From a virus (lineage: Duplodnaviria > Caudoviricetes), in IMG/VR virus record IMGVR_UViG_2627853766_000003: 64,000 bases of DNA. One strand, given 5' to 3'. The notes beneath the pieces are model-generated. The model saw nothing but the letters and a program-made list of their open reading frames with translations. It did not search any database and had not been told where the DNA came from. The translations under genes and the position numbers were made by a program. How positions within the stretch are numbered: position 1 is the stretch's first letter; every line of letters begins with the position of its first letter. Positions 38,446 to 48,167 of this stretch are shown one piece after another.

Positions 38446-38469
38446 AAAAACCCACCGCGAAGGGTGGGC
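38446..38469 (-). terminator. cI terminator
   Basis: Minus strand CCCACC-cttcgc-GGTGGG-TTTTT. Confidence 0.75.
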
Positions 38470-38491
38470 CGGCTTCAAAAGTTGGCGATTA

Positions 38492-39154
38492 TTACTCGGG
38501 AACCCATTTCCCAATGACGACGCCAACAATTCTTGAGCCTTCCGGTATGGTCATGATTCTTGGTACATGTGATGGATTCAGCGCCTGCAGCATCATTGTG
38601 CCCTCTGAATCGATTAACAACTGCTTGAATGTGGCTTTTTCCTCGTGGTCAATCCGCACCACTACCATCGATTTGTTGATCGCTTCTTTCTTCGGGTCCA
38701 CGGCGATGTATTCACCTGGGGCATATGACTTTTCCCCGCCCGGGTTGTACATGCTGTGGCCCACTACCTGTAAGACGAAAGACTGTTCGCTATGCTTGAA
38801 AGGGCAGGCAATCCAGTCTTCTGCGTCGCCAGGATGGAAGTTGTCAACGATGTCCGACCACTCCCCCGCTTGAACCCATGATATCAATGGAAGTTTCCCC
38901 CTATTCTCAACAGCAACAGCGTTGTAATCGAGCTTGCGCTCGGTGGCATTGACGTCTTCAACCCCTGTCAATAAGTGATTTACTGTTGTTTTTAAGAGAC
39001 GAGCAAGTCCCGGTAGTTTATCCTGCTCTGGCTTTCCAAGGGCGCGCTCCCATTCGGAAACGCTGACGCTACTGATGTCGAAGTAGTCTCCGACATCTTT
39101 TTGAGTGAGGCCGAGGGCCTTCCGGCGCGCTCTGATTATTTGACCAATTTCCAT
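38492..39154 (-). CDS. cI: CI-type repressor (HTH plus S24 autopeptidase)
   Basis: HTH LTQKDVG..F.ISSVSVSEWE; cleavage site VQAG; catalytic V.GHSM and ATFKQL. Confidence 0.95.
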   Translation of the reverse strand: MEIGQIIRARRKALGLTQKDVGDYFDISSVSVSEWERALGKPEQDKLPGLARLLKTTVNHLLTGVEDVNATERKLDYNAVAVENRGKLPLISWVQAGEWSDIVDNFHPGDAEDWIACPFKHSEQSFVLQVVGHSMYNPGGEKSYAPGEYIAVDPKKEAINKSMVVVRIDHEEKATFKQLLIDSEGTMMLQALNPSHVPRIMTIPEGSRIVGVVIGKWVPE

Positions 39155-39218
39155 AAGGCGTAGCCTAACATTTGCAATTAAGGTATTCCCTGCTACAATC
39201 AACTAAGGCAACTCCTTA
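39154..39218. promoter_or_regulatory. OR region with three operators, PR and PRM
   Basis: TAAGG-N5-CCT(AA/GC/TA) at 39154, 39179 and 39204; PR TTGCAA..TGc-TACAAT; PRM on minus strand TGt-TAGGCT 7 nt before the cI ATG. Confidence 0.8.
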
Positions 39219-39229
39219 ATGAGTGAAAT

Positions 39230-39478
39230 ATGACACCCGAAAACGAAGTAAAAAAAGCAGTTGACGAAGCAGGCGGCGCAGCTGTTGTCGCTAAATTCTT
39301 CGGAATACACCCAGTTTCTGTCTATGAGTGGATCGAAAAAGGGCGCGTTCCAGCTGATCGAGCACCTGATCTCGAAAAGCTCTGCAACGGCGCCGTTCTG
39401 TGTGAAGTGCTGGCGCCTGGGACGAACTGGCAATATTTGCGCAGCACTCACGCTGAAACTGAAAAGGTGTCGCTGTGA
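39230..39478 (+). CDS. cro: Cro-like repressor (YdaS type)
   Basis: AGGAAVVAKFFGIHPVSVYEW...VPA.R...LE; divergent from cI. Confidence 0.9.
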   Translation: MTPENEVKKAVDEAGGAAVVAKFFGIHPVSVYEWIEKGRVPADRAPDLEKLCNGAVLCEVLAPGTNWQYLRSTHAETEKVSL

Positions 39479-39783
39479 GCACAGAAACAGTTTCTACCGA
39501 TCCGGTTGAAAACACCCGCAAGACGGCTGCAAAGATTGAGTCCGAACTTTTGCGCAGGATTTCACAGGTCACGCAGGAGCATGCAGCCGCTTGCATGGGC
39601 ACTAGCGCCAGCACGATCAGCCGGTTCAAACAGGAGCACTTGCTGACCTTCTGCAACCTCCTGGCGGCCATCGGCCTGCAGGTAGCGGCGACCGACTCCG
39701 TGGTGGTGGACAAAGACGATCAGCGCGCGCTCAAGCGCATGGCCTTCAACTGGCTCAAGGCTGACCTCGAAAACGACGCTTAA
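39475..39783 (+). CDS. cII: CII-like activator
   Basis: A.KIES.LL..I....QE..A..MG.SASTISRFK; follows cro. Confidence 0.85.
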   Translation: MSTETVSTDPVENTRKTAAKIESELLRRISQVTQEHAAACMGTSASTISRFKQEHLLTFCNLLAAIGLQVAATDSVVVDKDDQRALKRMAFNWLKADLENDA

Positions 39784-39792
39784 GGATTCTCC

Positions 39793-39981
39793 ATGAACAT
39801 TCCAACCATCCAGCGCGACGCGCACCTGGCCGCTGAAGCAGGCCGCCCAATTACCGCTTGCCCATACACCGACGAGCTGGCCGTGCATCACTGGCGCAAG
39901 GCGTATGCCGATCGTATGGCTGAGTTCACCGGTGAGTCCGTGGTGGCCAACCTGTTTGCGCGTGCCTGGGCGACTGCCTAA
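39793..39981 (+). CDS. Small Rmf/CrpP-like protein
   Basis: AAEAGRPITACPY......HWRKAY pattern; RBS AAGGA. Confidence 0.55.
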   Translation: MNIPTIQRDAHLAAEAGRPITACPYTDELAVHHWRKAYADRMAEFTGESVVANLFARAWATA

Positions 39982-40052
39982 TGTTCCCGCTCGTCATCAT
40001 CGCCATCACGGTGCTCATGCTGTGGGCGATCGCCAATCATCCTAAGGAATAG
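39981..40052 (+). CDS. 23-aa transmembrane micropeptide (not in ORF track)
   Basis: MFPLVIIAITVLMLWAIANHPKE*, TAATG-coupled, fills the gap exactly. Confidence 0.55.
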   Translation: MFPLVIIAITVLMLWAIANHPKE

Positions 40053-40054
40053 CT

Positions 40055-40489
40055 ATGAGCCAGCCACTTACAAAGCGCAACGAGATGCGCGAAATTCGCA
40101 CCGCCATCAAAACTGTTTTGCGCAGCGCACCGCAGGGCATGGGGCTGAATGACTTGGCAGAAAACGTCTATACCATACTGCCCGATGCCACTTACGAACA
40201 GATCAAGCGCTCCGTTTTCATCATGCAGGGCAACGGCATCACCGCCAATCGCTCCCACGCCCGCAACATCTATTTCCTGGATGGTGCCGTGATCGAGCCG
40301 CCAGAGCCTGAGCATTTGACGTACAAGCCGCGGGCGGTCGTCAAACCACCGCTGGAGAGCAAAAGGGAAGTCATGCCGGTGAAGCAGAAAACAGTTCCTG
40401 CTCGGGCCGGCCTGTTCACTGCTGAGCGCCGTACGCCGATGCAATGGTGCGTCGATACGCTGGCTTTGATGTCGATGGCGGGGGCTTAA
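40055..40489 (+). CDS. Hypothetical protein (wHTH-like N-terminus)
   Basis: 144 aa, RBS AAGGA, abuts the replication gene. Confidence 0.7.
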   Translation: MSQPLTKRNEMREIRTAIKTVLRSAPQGMGLNDLAENVYTILPDATYEQIKRSVFIMQGNGITANRSHARNIYFLDGAVIEPPEPEHLTYKPRAVVKPPLESKREVMPVKQKTVPARAGLFTAERRTPMQWCVDTLALMSMAGA

Positions 40490-41188
40490 ATGGCCAGAAT
40501 TCGCACAATCAAGCCTGAATTTTGGGCCAACGAACAGGTAATGGATTGCTCGCCGATGGCTCGGCTGCTGTTTATCGGTCTCTGGAACTTTTGTGATGAC
40601 GGTGGCAACCACCCGGCCAGCTCGAAGACGCTCAAGGCTGAAATCTTCCCAGGTGACGATATTACCTCGACAGATGTTCAGGTATTACTCGACGAGTTGG
40701 AGTCGAATCGTCTGATAGCTCTGTACACCGCACAGGATAAGGCTTTCTGGCATGTAACTGGCTGGAATCACCAGAAAATCGACAAGCCAACACTCAAATA
40801 TCCACCGTTTCCTGATGAAAAGCCTGCACAGGCTCGACTAGAACTCTCCGAGTCCTCACCCCCGGAAGGGAAGGGGAAGGGAAGGGTAAGGGAAGTAAAG
40901 ACATTGTCGGGAGAACCCGACGCAATCGAAATTCTGAACCACCTCAACGAAAAAACCGGAAGGTCGTACAAACCTGTCGAGGCGAATATTCGATTGATCG
41001 TTGCCAGGCTCAACGAGTCCAGCATCGAGGAATGTAAAGCCGTCATCGATGTGAAGGTCGAGGAATGGTTGGAAAACGCCACGATGTCGCAATACCTGCG
41101 CCCTGAAACGCTTTTCGGAGCAACCAAATTCGCGCAATACGTGGGTCAGCTGGGTAGCTCTGGAGGCGGGTCTAACCCGTTCGTCTGA
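40490..41188 (+). CDS. Phage replication initiator
   Basis: MARIRTIKPEFW...ARLLFIGLWNFCDD.G; C-terminal LNEKTGR.Y...YLRPETLFG.TKF..Y. Confidence 0.9.
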   Translation: MARIRTIKPEFWANEQVMDCSPMARLLFIGLWNFCDDGGNHPASSKTLKAEIFPGDDITSTDVQVLLDELESNRLIALYTAQDKAFWHVTGWNHQKIDKPTLKYPPFPDEKPAQARLELSESSPPEGKGKGRVREVKTLSGEPDAIEILNHLNEKTGRSYKPVEANIRLIVARLNESSIEECKAVIDVKVEEWLENATMSQYLRPETLFGATKFAQYVGQLGSSGGGSNPFV

Positions 41189-41541
41189 TGCGCGGCGACC
41201 GGCAAATCCTGCGCGAACGAGTGGCCGGCTACATGCCGAAGGCTGTTTTTGTGAATGCTGGGTATGCCGATCTGCCGATCACGAACAAGTACGACGACCC
41301 GGAAAACGGGATGCAGTTTGGCTTGCTGCCGACTGTGGAAATTCCCGCCAACGAGATGCACCGGGCGCATGATTTCCGGTTCCTGGTGAACTGCCGTGTG
41401 CATGTGCATGGTCCAGCGATGGATGAAGGCTTCTGCAGGATCGTGGAACAGATAGCCGAGAAAGCCGCGCATGTCATCGCATGCGCCGGCGACGAGATGA
41501 TGGAATTCAAAAAAGGGGAGTGGACAGCATGGAGCTTCTGA
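41188..41541 (+). CDS. Hypothetical protein
   Basis: Coupled between the initiator and helicase genes. Confidence 0.7.
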   Translation: MRGDRQILRERVAGYMPKAVFVNAGYADLPITNKYDDPENGMQFGLLPTVEIPANEMHRAHDFRFLVNCRVHVHGPAMDEGFCRIVEQIAEKAAHVIACAGDEMMEFKKGEWTAWSF

Positions 41542-42446
41542 CCGAAGACATGATCGATTTTGAAGGCTACCTGGCCGAGACAGAGCCGCAGGAGCGTGTG
41601 CGCAGCGTGGCGATGTATGCGGACGAAGTAATTGCCGAGCTGGCGCCGGATGTGCTGGGAAGCGCGCCGAAATATCCTAAGATGCCGTTTGCTAACTGCT
41701 GGCTGTATTTCGCGCCAGGCGAGGTCACGCTGTGGGGTGGCTTCAACGGTTCCGGCAAGTCGATGCTGCAGGGCCAGGTCCTTTCTACCCTGGCGCAAGA
41801 CGGGCATAAGTCCTGTACTGCGAGCTTCGAAATGAAGCCGCCAAAGACCATTTCGCGCATGATTCGTCAGCATACCGGCCTGCGTCATCCGACCCCCGAG
41901 CAGGTGCGCAACTTCATCCAGAAAACAGAAAAAAGCATGTGGGTGTACGACCAGCAAGGATCGGTTCACCCGAAGCGCTTGTTTGCGGTTATCCGGCATT
42001 GCGCTGAAAAGCTGGGTTGCACACATATTGCCGTCGACTCGCTCATGAAGTGCGTGAAAGGCACTGACGACTACAACGGCCAGAAGGAATTTGTCGATCA
42101 GCTCACCATCATTGCGCGCGATCTCAACATCCACATTCACCTTGTCGTTCACCTGAAAAAGGGCGAAGGCGACGAGAAGATGCCGACGCGCATGGACATC
42201 AGCGGCTCCGGCGCCATCGCCGACCTGGTCGACAACGTGGTGCTGGTCTACCGCAACAAGCGCAAGGAGCGCGATGTCGACGCCGGCAAGACACCTCCGG
42301 ACGACATGGCTGATACGTTGCTGATCTGCGACAAGTCACGTAACGGCGAATGGGAAGGGCGCGTCAAGCTGTGGTTTGACCCGCAATCCCAGAAATTCAC
42401 CGACTTCAACAAGAACGCTCGCCGCGGCCTCGCGCGCGTTTTGTGA
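41529..42446 (+). CDS. DnaB/SF4-type replicative helicase
   Basis: Walker A GFNGSGKS, SFEM, AVDSL, HLVVHLKK, DISGSGAI.DL.DNV. Confidence 0.9.
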   Translation: MELLTEDMIDFEGYLAETEPQERVRSVAMYADEVIAELAPDVLGSAPKYPKMPFANCWLYFAPGEVTLWGGFNGSGKSMLQGQVLSTLAQDGHKSCTASFEMKPPKTISRMIRQHTGLRHPTPEQVRNFIQKTEKSMWVYDQQGSVHPKRLFAVIRHCAEKLGCTHIAVDSLMKCVKGTDDYNGQKEFVDQLTIIARDLNIHIHLVVHLKKGEGDEKMPTRMDISGSGAIADLVDNVVLVYRNKRKERDVDAGKTPPDDMADTLLICDKSRNGEWEGRVKLWFDPQSQKFTDFNKNARRGLARVL

Positions 42447-42461
42447 CGCATAAGGAAAACC

Positions 42462-42956
42462 ATGAAACCAATCACCCTCACACTGCCATACCCGATATCG
42501 GCAAACCGATATTGGAACTCGTTCCCACTTGGCGGGCGCACGATGACCGCGCCATCGTCCGAGGCCAAGAAGTACAAAAAGACCGTGGCACTCCTGGCAA
42601 TGGCCGCCGGCATCCGCGCGCCGATCACCGGCCGGGTGCAGATCGACATCAAGCTCTACCCGCACCGGCCGCTCGACTGGCAAAAGCGTATGAAGCGTGA
42701 TGGCGCCGCCTGGGATGATACCGTGCAATGCCTGGATCTGGACAACGCCAGGAAGGTTCTCTACGACTCACTCAAGGGCGTGGCAATCGAGGATGACAAA
42801 TGGGTGCGGCGCGACACCGGCGAGCGCATGGAGCCGGACGGCGAGGCCAGGGTGGTGGTGACGATAACGCCGATTGCGACAGAACAGCCACAGCTTGGCT
42901 TGGACATCACCACCGCCTGCCCAGCGCTGTGGCCGTCGACTGAGGGGGCGTTTTGA
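42462..42956 (+). CDS. rusA: RusA-family Holliday junction resolvase
   Basis: LPYPISANRYW...DLDNARKVLYDSL.GVAIEDDKWV. Confidence 0.9.
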   Translation: MKPITLTLPYPISANRYWNSFPLGGRTMTAPSSEAKKYKKTVALLAMAAGIRAPITGRVQIDIKLYPHRPLDWQKRMKRDGAAWDDTVQCLDLDNARKVLYDSLKGVAIEDDKWVRRDTGERMEPDGEARVVVTITPIATEQPQLGLDITTACPALWPSTEGAF

Positions 42957-42959
42957 TCT

Positions 42960-43298
42960 ATGCTGATGCCGGTTAAACACGATCCGATCGACTGGTCCCG
43001 CGTAATTGCAGATTTAGTGCAACGCGGGTTCACAGTCGCGTCAATCGCTGCTAGCATCGCAGTTCCACCTACGACCGTGGGCGGCTGGCGCAACGCCGAT
43101 GCCGAACCACACTACGACAGCGGGGAGCGCTTGGTGCTCCTGTGGTGCAATGCAACACGCCTGGAACGTAGCGAATTACCCACAACGACTAAGCCTAGAA
43201 AACCCACAGGATTCCGTCGGACGACATGGATACAGTTGACCCTTATCGAAGGCAACGAAATGTATCCAAGTGACCAAACCTGCAAATTCAACTGTTGA
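42960..43298 (+). CDS. Small HTH protein, possible late regulator
   Basis: IDWSRVIADL..RG.TV.SIA..I.VP.TTV.GWRN..AEP....GERL..LW. Confidence 0.65.
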   Translation: MLMPVKHDPIDWSRVIADLVQRGFTVASIAASIAVPPTTVGGWRNADAEPHYDSGERLVLLWCNATRLERSELPTTTKPRKPTGFRRTTWIQLTLIEGNEMYPSDQTCKFNC

Positions 43299-43899
43299 TT
43301 GGGAACGCATTGAGGCCGATTACCGGGCCGGTTTGCTTTCGCTTCGCGAGATTTCCTCAGCTAATCCTGGCGCGAACCATGTAGCTATCGCGCGCCGTGC
43401 CAAAAAAGAAGGATGGATCCGCGACCTATCTGCCAAGATCAAAGCGCAGGCCGATAACCTTGTAACAAAGCAAGCTGTTACAGAAGAGGTTACACAACAG
43501 CGCGCTGTTACAGATCGGCAGATCGTTGAGGTCAATGCCCAGGTCATTGCCAACATCCGTATTGCTCATCGCAAAGATATTCAGCGCTTTCGCGCCTTGG
43601 CGATCTCGCTGCTGAGCGAGTTAGAAGCTGAGACCGGCAGCCTTGACCTATTCATCGAACTGGGTGAGCTGCTGCGCAAGGAAGACGACAAGGGGGTCGA
43701 CAAGCGTAATGACCTCTACATGAAGGTCATCTCCAGCGCCAGCCGCGTGGACAGCGCCAAGAAGCTGGCCGAGACATTGAAGATACTGGTCGGGCTGGAG
43801 CGTGAAGCCTATGGCTTAGTCGACAGCCAGAGCAAAGAGATTGCCGCCGATAACCTGGCCAGCGTGCTGGAGCAGGCGCGCAAGAGGGTTTATCCATGA
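43270..43899 (+). CDS. Terminase small subunit
   Basis: DWERIEADYRAG.LSLREI...I.RRAKKEGW.RDL; directly upstream of TerL. Confidence 0.85.
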   Translation: MTKPANSTVDWERIEADYRAGLLSLREISSANPGANHVAIARRAKKEGWIRDLSAKIKAQADNLVTKQAVTEEVTQQRAVTDRQIVEVNAQVIANIRIAHRKDIQRFRALAISLLSELEAETGSLDLFIELGELLRKEDDKGVDKRNDLYMKVISSASRVDSAKKLAETLKILVGLEREAYGLVDSQSKEIAADNLASVLEQARKRVYP

Positions 43900-45440
43900 C
43901 CCCCGAACAACAACTTATTGAGGAAATGGCCCTGTGCAGCCTTGACCCGTTGCGCTTCGTGCTGTTCGCCTTCCCATGGGGATCTGGTGAGTTGGCTGAT
44001 GAGCCGGGGCCGGACGAGTGGCAGATCAGCGTGCTGTGCGATATTCGCGATCGGCTGAAGTCTGGCGCTGCGACCACCACCGAAGCCATCCAGATCGCTG
44101 TTGCATCCGGCCACGGTATCGGTAAATCCTGCCTGGTGGCCTGGGTTATTGAGTGGGCTATGTGCACCCACGAAGACACCCGCGGCGTGGTCACGGCGAA
44201 TACAGAAGCGCAACTAAAGTCCAAGACCTGGGCAGAGCTGGCCAAGTGGCACCGCCTGTGCATCTGTGCCCACTGGTTTGAGCTGACAGCCACAGCGTTG
44301 TTCAGCCGCCAGGAGCAGCATGAGAAGACTTGGCGCATTGACATGTCGCCATGGTCCGAGCGCAACACTGAGGCGTTCGCCGGCCTGCACAACAGCGGCA
44401 AGCGCGTGCTGATGGTGTTCGACGAGGGTTCAGCCATCCCAGACGTGATATGGGAAGTGGCTGAAGGTGCGCTGACGGACGCCAACACGCAGATCATCTG
44501 GTGCGCCTTCGGCAATCCAACACGCAACAGCGGTCGCTTCCGTGAATGCTTTGGGCGGTTCAAGCACCGCTGGATCACGCGCCAGATCGACAGCCGCACC
44601 GCGCGTAAGGCCAACAAGGCCCAACTCGACCAATGGGTGAAAGACTATGGTGAAGATTCTGACTTTGTGCGTGTACGTGTGCGCGGGGTGTTCCCTCGCG
44701 CTGGCTCTACTCAATTCATTGGTTCGGACATCGTCCAGGCTGCGGCTAAACGTGAGGCCCATGCAGGTATCTACGATGCTCTTGTGCTTGGCGTTGATCC
44801 TGCTCGCTTTGGCGACGACGAATCGGTTATCTACATCCGCAAAGGGCGAGACGGTTCAACCCACGTGCCGCTCAAGTTCCGTGGTTTAGACACGATGCAG
44901 CTGGCCGCCCGCGTGGCCGAGCAATACGAGTTCTACCGCGCTGATGCCATCTTCGTCGACGAGGGTGGCCTGGGCGGCGGCGTGGTTGATCGCCTGCGCC
45001 AGATGCGCATTCCCTGCATCGGCGTGAACAATGGGTCAACACCCGATCGCAGCACACCAGGCCAAGAGCAGGTCGTCTACAACAATAAGGCAGCCGAGAT
45101 GTGGGGCGTCATGCGTGAATGGCTCAAGACTGGCGGCTCGATCCCACCGGATGATATTGATCTGCATGCCCAGTTGGAAGGCCGGGAATACGGCTATGTC
45201 ATGCGCGACGGCCGGGACGCCATCATCCTCGAAAAGAAATCCGACATGAAGAAGCGCGGCCTGTCGTCGCCAGACATCGCTGACGCTCTCGCATTGACCT
45301 TTGCCTATCCAGTGCAACCCAATGCGAATGCAGGACGTGCAGCAGGGCATTTGACACCGACCGTGCAGCATGAGTACGACCCCTTCAACTCTCAACCGCA
45401 GCGCGTGTCGAGAGAATATGACCCGATGAATGAAAGGTAA
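43896..45440 (+). CDS. Terminase large subunit
   Basis: ASGHGIGKS, VFDEGS, GNPTRNSG, GVDPARFGDD, SPDIADAL. Confidence 0.95.
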   Translation: MTPEQQLIEEMALCSLDPLRFVLFAFPWGSGELADEPGPDEWQISVLCDIRDRLKSGAATTTEAIQIAVASGHGIGKSCLVAWVIEWAMCTHEDTRGVVTANTEAQLKSKTWAELAKWHRLCICAHWFELTATALFSRQEQHEKTWRIDMSPWSERNTEAFAGLHNSGKRVLMVFDEGSAIPDVIWEVAEGALTDANTQIIWCAFGNPTRNSGRFRECFGRFKHRWITRQIDSRTARKANKAQLDQWVKDYGEDSDFVRVRVRGVFPRAGSTQFIGSDIVQAAAKREAHAGIYDALVLGVDPARFGDDESVIYIRKGRDGSTHVPLKFRGLDTMQLAARVAEQYEFYRADAIFVDEGGLGGGVVDRLRQMRIPCIGVNNGSTPDRSTPGQEQVVYNNKAAEMWGVMREWLKTGGSIPPDDIDLHAQLEGREYGYVMRDGRDAIILEKKSDMKKRGLSSPDIADALALTFAYPVQPNANAGRAAGHLTPTVQHEYDPFNSQPQRVSREYDPMNER

Positions 45441-45445
45441 CGATC

Positions 45446-45649
45446 ATGGGCGGCTCCGCACCAACACCACCATCAGTAACCGTACCACCACCTATCCCGA
45501 TGATGCAGTCGCCGACCGGCGCCGCAGCATCAGCAGCAGTCACGCAGCGCGCTAGCGCTGCAATTGGCCCGGCCGCAACCATCATGACCGGCCCGGAAGG
45601 ATTGACCCAGCCGGCCACCACCAGCAATAAAACCTTACTCGGGAGTTGA
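45446..45649 (+). CDS. Small virion-assembly protein preceding the portal
   Basis: MGG..P.PP...TI.TGP.GL.....KTLLG, typical of this phage type. Confidence 0.7.
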   Translation: MGGSAPTPPSVTVPPPIPMMQSPTGAAASAAVTQRASAAIGPAATIMTGPEGLTQPATTSNKTLLGS

Positions 45650-46056
45650 ACATGAGCAAAGTAACTGACGCATTCGCAGCAATTAAGGCCAAGGTCGAGG
45701 GAGCCATGCAACTGGCTGACCCTGAAACAGCGCTGAAGGAAGCCGAGCATGCCTTCATGGATGTGCTGGCCGCCGCGCATGAAGAGCTGGATCAGCGTGT
45801 TGCTGCACTGGAAGCGATGGCCAAGCCCGCAGTGGCTGAGGTTGAAGCAGTGGCCAAGACTGGCGCCGGCGAGGCGGAAGGCATCCTAGGTAAGATCGGC
45901 GATTTTGTCGAGCATCTAGTCCATCCCGATGCCGTGCCAGTAGCACCAGCAGAACCTGTGAGTACAGCGGTATGGGGGACTGCTGCTGCGCCTGCCACGG
46001 CTACTGAAACAGCGCCAGCGGCCGCTATTGAAGCTCCTGGTACGCCCATCATCTAA
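45646..46056 (+). CDS. Ala-rich hypothetical protein
   Basis: Coupled 136-aa ORF. Confidence 0.7.
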   Translation: MNMSKVTDAFAAIKAKVEGAMQLADPETALKEAEHAFMDVLAAAHEELDQRVAALEAMAKPAVAEVEAVAKTGAGEAEGILGKIGDFVEHLVHPDAVPVAPAEPVSTAVWGTAAAPATATETAPAAAIEAPGTPII

Positions 46057-46065
46057 GGCTGACTA

Positions 46066-47799
46066 ATGACCACCATGGCCACATCAGCAGAACTGAAGCC
46101 GTCGCAGAAGGGCGCAGGCGATAATGTCACGCCCGATACTATGCGGCTGCGCGAGCATTGCGACCAGCTCTTGATCGGGCTACGCAATGACCGCATGAGC
46201 TGGTGGACCCATTGGCGCGAGATCGCCGACTATCTAATCCCGCGCCGGTACAAGTGGCTGATCACACCGAACCAGGGCAACCGTGGCTCACCGATTAACC
46301 AGCGCATCATCGACAACACCGGAACGATCGCGCTGCGGGTGCTGCAGGCCGGCATGATGTCAGGTATCACATCACCTGGCCGGCCATGGTTCAAGATGGC
46401 CACCGACAACGATGAACTGAACGCGCTCGGTCCTGTAAAGCTGTGGCTGGACGAATGCCAGAAGCGCTTGGCGCGAGTCTTCGCCGAGTCAAATTTCTAC
46501 ACATCGCTGGCTACGATCTATGGCGACCTGGGTGCATTCGGCACTGGGGTGATGATCATCTATCAAGACTACGACGACATCATCCGCTGTTTCAACACCT
46601 GCGCTGGCGAATACTTCCTGGCCAACGATGACCGCCAAGACGTCAGCACACTGGGCCGTGAGTTCGTCCTGACCGTCAAACAGGTTGCTGAGCAGTTCGG
46701 CTTGGAGAATTGCAGCCAGACCATTAAGGGCGCGATCCAGACCGGCGGCGCCATGCTCACCCGCGAGGTCAAGGTAGGCCACCTGATCGAGCGTAACAGT
46801 GATCTGGTCCCTGGCGCCCCAGGCGTCAAGGGTATGGAGTGGCGCGAGATCTACTGGGAGATGGGCACCGGACAGAACCTGCTGTTGCGCGTTCGCGGCT
46901 TCCACGAAAAGCCATTCATCGCCCCTCGCTGGGATATCGTGGGCAACGATGCCTACGGCCGCAGTCCTGGCATGGACGCCCTGGGCGACATCAAGATGCT
47001 GCAGGTAGAGCAGAAGCGCAAGGCACAGGCGATCGACAAGCACGTCAACCCGCCGATGATTGCGGACATATCGCTTAAGAACGAGCCGGCCAGCATGCTC
47101 CCAGGCGGTGTGACCTATATCGCTGGAAACCTCAACGGCGTCGGCTTCAAACCAGCCTATGAGATCGCACCAGATTTCAGCGGCCTGTCGAACGACATCA
47201 AGGATGTGCAGGGCCGTATCAAGGTCACGTTCTTCAACGACCTGTTCATGATGATCAGCCAGCTGGACACCGTGCGCACCGCAACTGAGATCGATGCTCG
47301 CAAGGAAGAAAAGCTGATCCAGCTCGGGCCGGTGCTGGAGCGTTTCGAGAACGAAGCACTGGACCCGGCCATCAACTGCGCATTCAACATCATGTTGCGC
47401 ACCGGCCAGCTGCCGCCGATCCCGCAGGAGCTGTCTGGCATCCACATCAAGATAGAATACATCTCAATGCTGGCCGAGGCTCAGCGTGCTGCCAGTACTG
47501 CCGGCATCGAGCGGCTGGCCGGCTTCGTCGGCAACATCGCTGCAGTCAAGCCTGAGGTGCTGGATAACCTGGACTTCGACGAGATCATCGACACCTACGC
47601 TGACATGCTGGGCGTAACACCCAAGGCCATCGTGCCTATCGTCAAGGTCATGCAGATCCGCGCCGCGCGCAGCCAGCAGATGCAGCAGCAACAGGCACTG
47701 CAGAACAGCACAGCCGCCGCACAGGGCGCACAGACACTCAGCCAGACAGACACCGGCGGCGGTATCTCTGCGCTTCAGAAGATGTTGGGGAACGGGTGA
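46066..47799 (+). CDS. Portal / head-tail connector (T7 gp8, BPP-1 type)
   Basis: GMMSGITSPGRPWF, YGRSPGMDALGD, RTATEI..RKEEKL..LGPVLER. Confidence 0.95.
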   Translation: MTTMATSAELKPSQKGAGDNVTPDTMRLREHCDQLLIGLRNDRMSWWTHWREIADYLIPRRYKWLITPNQGNRGSPINQRIIDNTGTIALRVLQAGMMSGITSPGRPWFKMATDNDELNALGPVKLWLDECQKRLARVFAESNFYTSLATIYGDLGAFGTGVMIIYQDYDDIIRCFNTCAGEYFLANDDRQDVSTLGREFVLTVKQVAEQFGLENCSQTIKGAIQTGGAMLTREVKVGHLIERNSDLVPGAPGVKGMEWREIYWEMGTGQNLLLRVRGFHEKPFIAPRWDIVGNDAYGRSPGMDALGDIKMLQVEQKRKAQAIDKHVNPPMIADISLKNEPASMLPGGVTYIAGNLNGVGFKPAYEIAPDFSGLSNDIKDVQGRIKVTFFNDLFMMISQLDTVRTATEIDARKEEKLIQLGPVLERFENEALDPAINCAFNIMLRTGQLPPIPQELSGIHIKIEYISMLAEAQRAASTAGIERLAGFVGNIAAVKPEVLDNLDFDEIIDTYADMLGVTPKAIVPIVKVMQIRAARSQQMQQQQALQNSTAAAQGAQTLSQTDTGGGISALQKMLGNG

Positions 47800-48167
47800 T
47801 GAGCGACAAGATATTCAACCTCAAGGATCTGGAGAAGATGCTACGGCCTGGTGCTGATCCTCTGGCGCGCAAGTTGTTCGAGCAGCGCATGGAAGAGGAA
47901 GCGGCTGAGGATGTGCGTGAAGCAGCAGCGGGCGGACTGAAGTTTGGTCCACCGCCTGTTCCTGACGCCCAGCTGGTCTACAGCCCAGCCTCAAACAAAG
48001 TCGGGGTGGCCATCCGGGGCGCCCAGCGTATCTGTGAGCTGCCGAAGGAATACACCGGCACCGGCATGGAGCTGGCGCTGATCCCCGGCAATCGTTTGAT
48101 CGTGACTCACCCGAACCACTCGCCACTGTTGATCGATCCACAGACCGGCACAACAAGGAAACTGTGA
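47796..48167 (+). CDS. Hypothetical protein
   Basis: Coupled 123-aa ORF. Confidence 0.7.
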   Translation: MMSDKIFNLKDLEKMLRPGADPLARKLFEQRMEEEAAEDVREAAAGGLKFGPPPVPDAQLVYSPASNKVGVAIRGAQRICELPKEYTGTGMELALIPGNRLIVTHPNHSPLLIDPQTGTTRKL

